Source: a virus (Duplodnaviria > Caudoviricetes). Taken from it: a DNA stretch of 30,585 nucleotides. The notes below the pieces were generated by a model that was not told the origin of the DNA, did not search any database, and was given only the letters and a program-made list of their open reading frames with translations. Position 1 is the first letter of the stretch. Each line of letters opens with the position of its first letter. Positions 23,168 through 30,585 of the stretch are shown in pieces. The translations under genes were made by a program, and so were the position numbers. The stretch is taken from positions 1 to 30,585 of the IMG/VR virus record IMGVR_UViG_3300032266_001365. One strand, written 5' to 3'.

Positions 23168-24175
23168 ATGTCTGAAAGAACCAAAGCCTTTTTTATCAAC
23201 GGCGGCGCAGGCCGAGTACTGTGCTCTATACCTGCATTGGAAAAATATGCAGAAGAAACCAGCAAAGATTTTATCATAGTATGCGAGGGCGGAGCTGATT
23301 TTTATAGAGGGCATCCTATTCTCCATGAACGAGCATACGATCACTGGCACAAAAATCTTTTTGAAGATAAACTAATAAATTGTGATCTAGAAACACCGGA
23401 ACCCTATCGTATCTGGGAATATTTTAACCAAAAATGTTCTATTGCACAGGCCTATGATATTGCCATCAATAACAAAGGCATCAGAGAGCTGCAGAGACCA
23501 TTTTTAAAATTATCTAACGATGAAAAATTCCTAGGTTATAATATTGTCAAAGAAGTAAAAGAAAAAACAAAAAAAGAAAAAGTAATCGTTTTCCAGCCAT
23601 TTGGTCGGGGAGTAAAAGCAGAAAACAACATCATTTTCGATCTTTCAGGTCGAAGTTTTGAAGGCACACATGTTATCAATATTGTCAAAAAATTGCAAAA
23701 AGCAGGATATGCAGTTATATTGATGTCTGAAATTGGTATTGATTTCGCCAAGCACGGTTGTAAAGATCCAGTAGCAATTCCACAGAACGTTGCACTGAGA
23801 CAATGGGCTGGGATTATTTCTCAGGCAGATTATTTCTTTGGTTGCGATTCGGTAGGACAGCACATAGCAGCGGCACTCGACAAACCCGGTACAGTGGTGT
23901 TAGGATCGACATTTGCTGTCAATGTGTCTTATCCCGATTATGAAAAATTTGATATATTAGACATGGGCGGGCAGGTACGCAGATACAGTCCAATTCGTAT
24001 TACCATGGACGATGTGGCTGATCGAGGCAACGATGGCATCATGCAGATGAATGATAAGATTGAGGATGTTATCGTAGAATCGGTAGTAAAAGGCATAGAA
24101 AAATTTAAAAATAGTCCTACCGGCAATTCGGAGGTATCTATTACTACTGCACCTGCTGGATGTCCTACCTGTTAA
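23168..24175 (+). CDS. Glycosyltransferase, GT9 (ADP-heptose:LPS heptosyltransferase)-like, GT-B fold
   Basis: AGGA SD; N-terminal GGAGRVLCSIPAL; C-terminal ADYFFGCDSVGQHIAAALDKPGTVVLGST matches the GT9 DSGxxHxAAAxxxPxVxLFG motif. Confidence 0.75.
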   Translation: MSERTKAFFINGGAGRVLCSIPALEKYAEETSKDFIIVCEGGADFYRGHPILHERAYDHWHKNLFEDKLINCDLETPEPYRIWEYFNQKCSIAQAYDIAINNKGIRELQRPFLKLSNDEKFLGYNIVKEVKEKTKKEKVIVFQPFGRGVKAENNIIFDLSGRSFEGTHVINIVKKLQKAGYAVILMSEIGIDFAKHGCKDPVAIPQNVALRQWAGIISQADYFFGCDSVGQHIAAALDKPGTVVLGSTFAVNVSYPDYEKFDILDMGGQVRRYSPIRITMDDVADRGNDGIMQMNDKIEDVIVESVVKGIEKFKNSPTGNSEVSITTAPAGCPTC

Positions 24176-24176
24176 C

Positions 24177-25103
24177 ATGCAGAGATTTTTCGCCTTTGGC
24201 TGTAGTTACACACACTATGCATGGCCCACTTGGGCTAATATGTTATCTTTTGAATACGACGAAACATATAACTACGGTCTCGAGGGTCTGGGAAATAAAG
24301 CCATCGCAGAAAGAATCGCAGAAGCTCATGCCAGGCATCGATTCACCAAAGATGATATTATTATAGTACAATGGAGCAGCCATTTAAGAAATGATTTTTG
24401 GCACCCATACAGTTGTCGAGATCGACCATATCGATGGAAAACCTCGGGCAGCGTGTTTAATTATATCAATCAAAAGCTCTATGACAACGAGTGGATTGAA
24501 AAATTTTTCTATGAACCAGCATATGTCATGCACACTTTGAATCATGTGTCTCTTGTTCAGGGATTTTTACAAGGGATCGGATGTGATTGGTATATGACCA
24601 GCATAGGGGATCTACGAAATCTAGGTTCGGATCTTAGAACAAATGCCGATTATGGAGAAACCGGAAATATAGCCAATCCACTCGATCGCGGATCTGTTAA
24701 ACTAGCCTGGAAAAAAATACCAGAATTTGAAATCTACGAAGAATCTATCTGGCAGAAACATCAGGATCGCTGGCTGACCCCGATGGAAGTACATGCTCAA
24801 AAATATACGGATCTTACCTATAACTACTACGATAACACAGACAATGGAAAAAACATATATGTAGACGATCTTCATCCAACTCCTCGACAACATCTTTTAT
24901 GGTGCCAGGCTGAACTAAAGGATAAATTAAAGATATCAAACGACACTTTCACAGCATCGGAGGAAATTGCTGATATTGTGGATGAATTTTATAAAAAAAC
25001 AAAACACAGTAAAAAAGATTTTGTTTGGGGATTGTATACCACTGATTTGTTCCCTGAACATCTAGGTAAAATGAAATGGCCGATGCCTGTTATAGGATTT
25101 TAG
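24177..25103 (+). CDS. SGNH/GDSL-like hydrolase or acyltransferase, paralogue 1
   Basis: FFAFGCSYT (block I, GDS to GCS), GLGN (block II), DLHP (block V Asp-x-His). Confidence 0.6.
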   Translation: MQRFFAFGCSYTHYAWPTWANMLSFEYDETYNYGLEGLGNKAIAERIAEAHARHRFTKDDIIIVQWSSHLRNDFWHPYSCRDRPYRWKTSGSVFNYINQKLYDNEWIEKFFYEPAYVMHTLNHVSLVQGFLQGIGCDWYMTSIGDLRNLGSDLRTNADYGETGNIANPLDRGSVKLAWKKIPEFEIYEESIWQKHQDRWLTPMEVHAQKYTDLTYNYYDNTDNGKNIYVDDLHPTPRQHLLWCQAELKDKLKISNDTFTASEEIADIVDEFYKKTKHSKKDFVWGLYTTDLFPEHLGKMKWPMPVIGF

Positions 25104-26030
25104 ATGAGTAAACGTTTTTTTGCTTTTGGATGCAGTTACACTAGTTATAGTTGGCCAACTTATGCCACCCTACTAGGGTTGGAATATGAGGAATCTTATA
25201 ATTGGGGTTTAACCGGTATTGGTAATCGAGCCATCGCAGAGAGGGTAGCAGAAGCACACTGTAACTATAACTTTGGCAAAGACGATATTGTCATAGTGCA
25301 ATGGAGCAGTCATCTTAGAAATGATTGGTGGGCTCCTGGTAATATCCGAGGAAGAAATCAAGGATGGAAAACCGGCGGCAGTGTTTTTAATTACATCAAT
25401 GCCGAGTTATACGATAAAAAATGGATCGAAACATTCTTCTATGAGCCAGCATACCTCATGCATACACTGAATCATATATTACTGACACAGGGTCTTCTAG
25501 ACTCCACAGGTTGTACATATTACATGACCAGCATAGGAGATATAAGAAACATGGGAGAGGATCTCAGAGAGGGGCCTGGATATGGTGAAAAACCTTTTAA
25601 TCGAGTCGGTGTAGATAAAGTCGTCGATCATGCATGGGAAACCATACCAGAGTTGAGAGTTTATCAGGAAAAAATCTGGAATCAACATTCAGATCATTGG
25701 TTAATGCCCATGGAATTATTTTGTCAACAGCATGCAGATTTAACTTTTGAATTTATCGATACTAACAATTCTTCTGCAGAGACATTCCTAGATATCCATC
25801 CCACTACCACTCAACACACGCTATGGATTGAACAGGAACTAACAAAGAAATTGAACATTTCGAATGAAACTATCAGTATATCAAAAGAAGTTGGAGAATC
25901 TATTGATAAACTTCAAAATCGAATGAAACAAGATAAGAGAGCGTTCGAGCATCTATTAGCAAGATCATACCAATTCCCCGAACGTTTCATCGATCGAATT
26001 CGGTGGCCTGGCATGTATTACGGATTTTAA
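25104..26030 (+). CDS. SGNH/GDSL-like hydrolase or acyltransferase, paralogue 2
   Basis: FFAFGCSYT, GIGN, DIHP; shares long identical blocks with 24177 (QWSSHLRND, GSVFNYIN, FFYEPAY, YMTSIGD). Confidence 0.6.
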   Translation: MSKRFFAFGCSYTSYSWPTYATLLGLEYEESYNWGLTGIGNRAIAERVAEAHCNYNFGKDDIVIVQWSSHLRNDWWAPGNIRGRNQGWKTGGSVFNYINAELYDKKWIETFFYEPAYLMHTLNHILLTQGLLDSTGCTYYMTSIGDIRNMGEDLREGPGYGEKPFNRVGVDKVVDHAWETIPELRVYQEKIWNQHSDHWLMPMELFCQQHADLTFEFIDTNNSSAETFLDIHPTTTQHTLWIEQELTKKLNISNETISISKEVGESIDKLQNRMKQDKRAFEHLLARSYQFPERFIDRIRWPGMYYGF

Positions 26031-26039
26031 AGGAAAATC

Positions 26040-27863
26040 ATGAATAACAAAGATATTTGGATAGCAGCTATCGCTAGAGGACACAACAGCAGTGTGTGCC
26101 TGCTTAAAAATGGTAAGATCGTCTTTAGCATAGAAGAAGAGAGATTGAGTCGACACAAATACGACGGCGGGCCATATGCTGCCATGCTTAGGATTTTAGA
26201 CTACACAGATAAGATAGATTATCTTGTTGTAGCACACACCCAAAAATTATCAGACACCGCAGGCAAGGTCGATTTCAGTGGCGACGATGTCTATACCGGC
26301 CTTGCAAGAAAACTAGGATTGATCAGTAGAAAAGAATCACCATTTAATCATCCACAAGTAGTTGACCTTAGCCATGTACATCACAAACTACATGCAGCCT
26401 GTGCATTTTATAGATCAGGTTTCGATAAAGCCACGGCTGTGATCGTTGACGGTGCTGGAACATTTATTCCATTAACAATCAACGGAGAAAACGTAATAGG
26501 CTGGGAAACCGAAAGTGTCTATGATTGTTCATATCCAAACAATTTTAAAACGATTTATAAACACATCGGTCTTAGGGGACCAAATCCGGGTGCTTATATC
26601 AAGGATTTCGACAGCTCGATCTACGACGAACCAGGCAGCGTTCATGAAGCTTTGATCACAGATAGAGCAGGAATCACAAAGGTCTACGAAGCAGTGACCC
26701 AATACTGTGGTTGGTCGAGCATTGAAGCAGGAAAAACCATGGGGCTTTTTCCATATGGAAAACCCACAGATCAAATTCCAGAATTATTTGATGAATCTTC
26801 TAGTCACGCACTGTCTAATAGAAATCTGATCGTTCCTACCTACCCGAACGGTGCTGTGGTCAATGCAGGTTTGTTTGACTATTTAAATGACAATTCACCA
26901 AGTATTTCCGTGTGGGGAGACAACGGGGACATAACCTTGCTTGAAAACAGACGAGATTTGGCTTATGCTTGTCAAAAACAGACTCAGCAACAGGTACTTA
27001 ATTTAATTCGATCAGCTGTTGCTCGAACAGGTGAAAAAAAGGTAGTGATCAGCGGCGGCTATGGATTAAATTGTGTGGCTAATTATTTTTATCTCGAAGG
27101 GTTAAAAGATGAAGGCATTGAGATCTATGTAGAACCGATTTCCAATGATGCTGGAACTGCTATAGGTGCTGCCTTGATGTTTTATAAATCTCTAGAACCT
27201 AGCAGTAATATCGATTATTCTCGTGACGGATTATATCTGGGATTTCAGTACAATTATTCTGACCTTGACATAGAGAAATTCAAAGATACCCACGGAATTG
27301 AGTTGCTTTCTGCGGAGGACAGCGACATTGTTGATCTTTTAATAAACAAGAATATTGTGGCATTATTTCAAGGTCAGTCGGAAAACGGTCCACGAGCATT
27401 AGGCAATCGAAGCATTCTATTTGATCCGAGATTTATCGACGGCAAGGATTTTGTTAACAGTGTAAAACACAGGGAATATTTCCGCCCATTTGCTGGCAGT
27501 ATTTTACAGGACTTTGTTCACGATTGGTTTGATCTTCGAGGTATGGACAGCAGTCCTTACATGATGTATGCAGTCAACTGTCAACCGGGAGTTGAAGAAA
27601 AAATTCCTTCAATAATCCATGTTGACGGTACCTGTAGGATCCAAACAGTTACTGAACAACAAAATCCTCTGTATTACAAATTGATTAAAAAATTCTACGA
27701 AACTACTGGGTGTCCTATTATTTTTAATACTAGTTTTAATCTAGGAGGAGATCCTCTTGTTGAAACTCTGGAGGATGCTGTCAATACCCTAATTAACAGT
27801 GATATTGAATATCTGTATCTGCCAGAATACCAGAAATTGATTAAAGTTGCTAATAATAGGTAA
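26040..27863 (+). CDS. O-carbamoyltransferase, NodU/CmcH/TobZ family
   Basis: Full motif set: GHNSS, EEERLSRHK, HHxxHA, VDGAG, GKTMGLxPYG, SGGxxLNCVAN, NDAGTAIGAA, ExGPRALGNRSI, KHRExFRPFA, HVDGTCRIQTV, NTSFN. Confidence 0.95.
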   Translation: MNNKDIWIAAIARGHNSSVCLLKNGKIVFSIEEERLSRHKYDGGPYAAMLRILDYTDKIDYLVVAHTQKLSDTAGKVDFSGDDVYTGLARKLGLISRKESPFNHPQVVDLSHVHHKLHAACAFYRSGFDKATAVIVDGAGTFIPLTINGENVIGWETESVYDCSYPNNFKTIYKHIGLRGPNPGAYIKDFDSSIYDEPGSVHEALITDRAGITKVYEAVTQYCGWSSIEAGKTMGLFPYGKPTDQIPELFDESSSHALSNRNLIVPTYPNGAVVNAGLFDYLNDNSPSISVWGDNGDITLLENRRDLAYACQKQTQQQVLNLIRSAVARTGEKKVVISGGYGLNCVANYFYLEGLKDEGIEIYVEPISNDAGTAIGAALMFYKSLEPSSNIDYSRDGLYLGFQYNYSDLDIEKFKDTHGIELLSAEDSDIVDLLINKNIVALFQGQSENGPRALGNRSILFDPRFIDGKDFVNSVKHREYFRPFAGSILQDFVHDWFDLRGMDSSPYMMYAVNCQPGVEEKIPSIIHVDGTCRIQTVTEQQNPLYYKLIKKFYETTGCPIIFNTSFNLGGDPLVETLEDAVNTLINSDIEYLYLPEYQKLIKVANNR

Positions 27864-27882
27864 GAGAGCTTTTCGACATCTG

Positions 27883-27890
27883 GCTAAATA
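27883..27890 (+). promoter_or_regulatory. Possible late promoter (GCTAAATA)
   Basis: TAAATA core in the intergenic gap where structural genes resume. Confidence 0.45.
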
Positions 27891-27913
27891 TTAGAATATA
27901 ATATTGGGCTGAT

Positions 27914-28309
27914 ATGAACTTTGATAGATATTTTTTCCGAGGTTTAAAAGGAACACTCCGGTTTAATCACGGAGTTAACCTTGCGTATAAGGGACCGTGG
28001 ATTACGATACGTAATAATACTCTCATCGACGAGTTTTATGTGGGTGAATTTATGGCAGCAGAATACACAATATGTGTAGACGCCGGACCTACAGAAAAGG
28101 AAATAATCAAATGCTTAGTGATAGCCGGGCTCGATAGAGCAAGTATTACTATGTATGGTAAAACATCTCTAAGCAATGATTTAATAAATTTAATAGTGAC
28201 AGTTGATGATTCGAAATTAAAATTAGCAGCTTCTCCGATAGGAACATCGGAAAAAAAGTTGATATTTAGTAGTAACTATTATCACTCTATCACTGATATC
28301 GCGAGATAA
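27914..28309 (+). CDS. Hypothetical phage protein (131 aa), probably structural
   Basis: Clean ORF; IDxF....FxxAEYxI pattern resembles beta-sandwich domains of T4-like virion proteins; weak SD. Confidence 0.55.
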   Translation: MNFDRYFFRGLKGTLRFNHGVNLAYKGPWITIRNNTLIDEFYVGEFMAAEYTICVDAGPTEKEIIKCLVIAGLDRASITMYGKTSLSNDLINLIVTVDDSKLKLAASPIGTSEKKLIFSSNYYHSITDIAR

Positions 28310-28311
28310 AA

Positions 28312-28851
28312 ATGAGTGTTAATTTTTCTCCTTTAAAATCAAATTTTGGGTTTTCGAGTCCGGGATTTGCAGTTTCAAATACAGGTAACTTGCAGGCCGA
28401 AAATCTGCAAATTCAAGGCAATGCTACAGTAAATGGAACTTTGTATTTCAATATCATTAGCAATATTAATGGTAACGACGATACACTTCAACCATTTTCT
28501 CTTTTAGATACCTCCGATTCGACTATTAGTCTTTCTCCTCTTATTAAAAATAGTTCGTTGACAGGGTTGGGGGTACTTAACAGACTAGAAGTAGACGGTG
28601 ATGTATACATCGGTATAGCATCTACCAATTTCTTAACTATCGACAACGGCAGAGTAGTTGTTAACAATATAAATCTTGGATCTATTGAAAACTCCACAAT
28701 AGGATTAATTACACCTGCAGAAGCAAGATTTACAACAGCTACTATGGCAACAGCAACAATAACAAATACACCTACATTAGCCGGACATGCTACTCGTAAA
28801 GATTATGTAGATTCGAGAATTTCGGCACTTAGTATAGCATTAGGATCTTAA
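28312..28851 (+). CDS. Tail-fibre-like structural protein (179 aa)
   Basis: SSLTxLGxLxxLxV, IGxxTPAxAxFT and ATRKDYVD fibre motifs; ends ISALSIALGS. Confidence 0.7.
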   Translation: MSVNFSPLKSNFGFSSPGFAVSNTGNLQAENLQIQGNATVNGTLYFNIISNINGNDDTLQPFSLLDTSDSTISLSPLIKNSSLTGLGVLNRLEVDGDVYIGIASTNFLTIDNGRVVVNNINLGSIENSTIGLITPAEARFTTATMATATITNTPTLAGHATRKDYVDSRISALSIALGS

Positions 28852-28861
28852 AGGATTAAAC

Positions 28862-30585
28862 ATGGCAAAGAAGCAGATAAAAAAGTATATATTCGAACCG
28901 GGTATTAGCAAAGATGATAATCTTTTCCCTAAAGCTGTTGCATTACTGTTAGCCAATAAGGGTTTTTTACAAGCACAGGTAGTGGCATTTATTAACAATC
29001 AGATAGCTAATAGTGTTGCTCCTTTTGTTGGGTATACCTATGCTTCACAAAAATGTACAAGAGACGTTGGATATTTTATTGATGCTGTAGCACACGATCT
29101 AAGATACGGCGGTAATGTGCAGTGTCGAAAAATTGCTGATTACTTTTGGATCGACGGAGAACCACAAATTAGAGGCGACGTTAGTCCTGAAATAGCCGGA
29201 CAAACATATCTAAAAAATATTATAAACAATTTTATTTTTACAAATACAGTGGTCAGCCCCTCCTATTCACAAACCGCTGTGCCGCAGGTGTTTTTATCAA
29301 ATAATAATGTTCCTCAAAATGGCGAAACAGGAGCATCTGCTCGAAATACCACACTTTGGTCTGTTTTCAGCGCAGTGATACAAAATGGACTCTCGGCCAT
29401 GCCTGCAAAAGAGCCAGGAGTTACTTCGATAAAAGTCATAGGAAACTATAGTGTTGATGAATTCCTATTGATCACAGATACATCTACTGGCAATATTCTA
29501 TATAATTTTGCTGATTCTTCAAGACCAATCACAGTGAGCCTGAAACAAGGAAGAAGCAGCGGCAACGGCGAATTGTTAAGTGATCTAGATTTTCCTTACT
29601 GGTGGCAGACCAGCGATGCCATTACTACTGTATACTTTGCTGTTGATACCACTAGTTTATCAGCATCGGCGCCAATACAAATATTTGTAGAAGAATCACA
29701 CCAAACCATAAGACCATGGGACTTTGGCACAGATGCTGTAGAACGCATGCGTGTAGCTGCTCCGCAGGCCATGCTTGATGCTGACTTTGAGTACGGACTA
29801 CAACCTACAAAATGGCAAGCATTGGGACAGATACGGCAATACCCAAGTCTGTATGAAATCCCCGGCACTGACCTCTCGGTGATTGCTGTGGGCACAGATG
29901 CTTCAGTGGGCACTGGAAGTTTTGGATCTTCACTGATTACTGTAACAACTTCAGGCACACATGGTTTTTCAGCTGGCCAACCTATCACAGTCAAAGGACT
30001 GAATGCTGCTATTTCTGGATTTGCAAGAGCAGAAGGAAGTTTTTTAGTTTATAATGTTCCTAGTTCTGTGAGTTTTACATACTATGCTTCTGCTAGAGTA
30101 GGCACTTCGACTAATGACAACTTGTATACATCATTTGTGCAGATTAGGCAAGCAGCATTTTTCACAGGCGCATCGATAGGTCAACCCACTTTTTCTGTGT
30201 TTAGCAATGGATCTGAACAGACCGTGCAAACACGTTTTATTTCAACATCAGGCAGTTCTATTATTGCATACACAGGGTCCGCCCCCACGCCAGGTTCGCC
30301 TATTTCTGGATCACCTAGCATTATAGCTGGCACATCAATATCCGGTTCCGTTGGAAGCAACACTGTGAGTGCTAATGTAAAAACCAATGTAAGCAGTGTA
30401 TCTAGCACCTCATTAACATTGGTAGATCTGACAGGTGTTCAACAGAACATGGCTCTATCAGATGCTAGCGGTAACGGTTTGATTATTAGTTCTCTAGATG
30501 GAAATACATTGAATCTTTCAGGGCCGTTAGGAAGAACTTATGTAGGAGCAGACGGACAAAATACCGGAGTGTCGGGCTCGAATAT
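28862..30585 (+). CDS. Large virion structural protein, 5' part (runs off the window; absent from the ORF track)
   Basis: AAGGA SD, ATG at 28862, reads open to the end: MAKKQIKKYIFEPG...KCTRDVGYFIDAVAHDLRYGGN...DADFEYGLQPTKW...THGFSAGQPITV. Confidence 0.85.
   Translation, partial: MAKKQIKKYIFEPGISKDDNLFPKAVALLLANKGFLQAQVVAFINNQIANSVAPFVGYTYASQKCTRDVGYFIDAVAHDLRYGGNVQCRKIADYFWIDGEPQIRGDVSPEIAGQTYLKNIINNFIFTNTVVSPSYSQTAVPQVFLSNNNVPQNGETGASARNTTLWSVFSAVIQNGLSAMPAKEPGVTSIKVIGNYSVDEFLLITDTSTGNILYNFADSSRPITVSLKQGRSSGNGELLSDLDFPYWWQTSDAITTVYFAVDTTSLSASAPIQIFVEESHQTIRPWDFGTDAVERMRVAAPQAMLDADFEYGLQPTKWQALGQIRQYPSLYEIPGTDLSVIAVGTDASVGTGSFGSSLITVTTSGTHGFSAGQPITVKGLNAAISGFARAEGSFLVYNVPSSVSFTYYASARVGTSTNDNLYTSFVQIRQAAFFTGASIGQPTFSVFSNGSEQTVQTRFISTSGSSIIAYTGSAPTPGSPISGSPSIIAGTSISGSVGSNTVSANVKTNVSSVSSTSLTLVDLTGVQQNMALSDASGNGLIISSLDGNTLNLSGPLGRTYVGADGQNTGVSGSN

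Noticed and set aside
29596-30408. Minus-strand ORFs 29596-29994 and 30181-30408
   Set aside because: They lie antisense to the long open + strand gene starting at 28862, which the track omitted because its stop is outside the window
1-30585. Stop-codon reassignment, tRNAs, CRISPR array, introns/inteins
   Set aside because: Genes tile the window under the standard code with TAA, TGA and TAG all used as stops; no cloverleaf, spaced repeats or splicing motifs were seen

Overview
This window is a + strand, tightly packed late (virion-structure) region of a large T4-like tailed dsDNA phage. Perfect and near-perfect TATAAATA late-promoter boxes, the standard genetic code and tail-fibre/baseplate motifs support this; the host cannot be determined from the window. 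Gene order: (1) small and medium fibre/baseplate-type proteins (80-4912); (2) two giant paralogous fibre/spike proteins of 1821 and 2777 aa, each with 8 CBM5/12-like repeats, helical repeats, a beta-helix-like region and beta-propellers; (3) two small structural proteins; (4) three paralogous Gly-rich, extremely Cys-rich gp38/adhesin-like proteins with two tail-assembly-chaperone-like proteins, closed by a rho-independent terminator; (5) a four-gene modification cassette (GT9-like glycosyltransferase, two SGNH-like paralogues, NodU/CmcH carbamoyltransferase); (6) more structural genes running off the end. Most notable: repeated helical domains in three virion proteins that align by eye with the phycobiliprotein chromophore-binding helices including the Cys of C-x-R-D; the Cys-rich adhesin cluster next to an enzyme cassette whose GT9 appears to lack its catalytic Asp; and a structured, possibly switchable 5' leader upstream of 3138. 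All family assignments come from motif recognition by eye, not from database searches.
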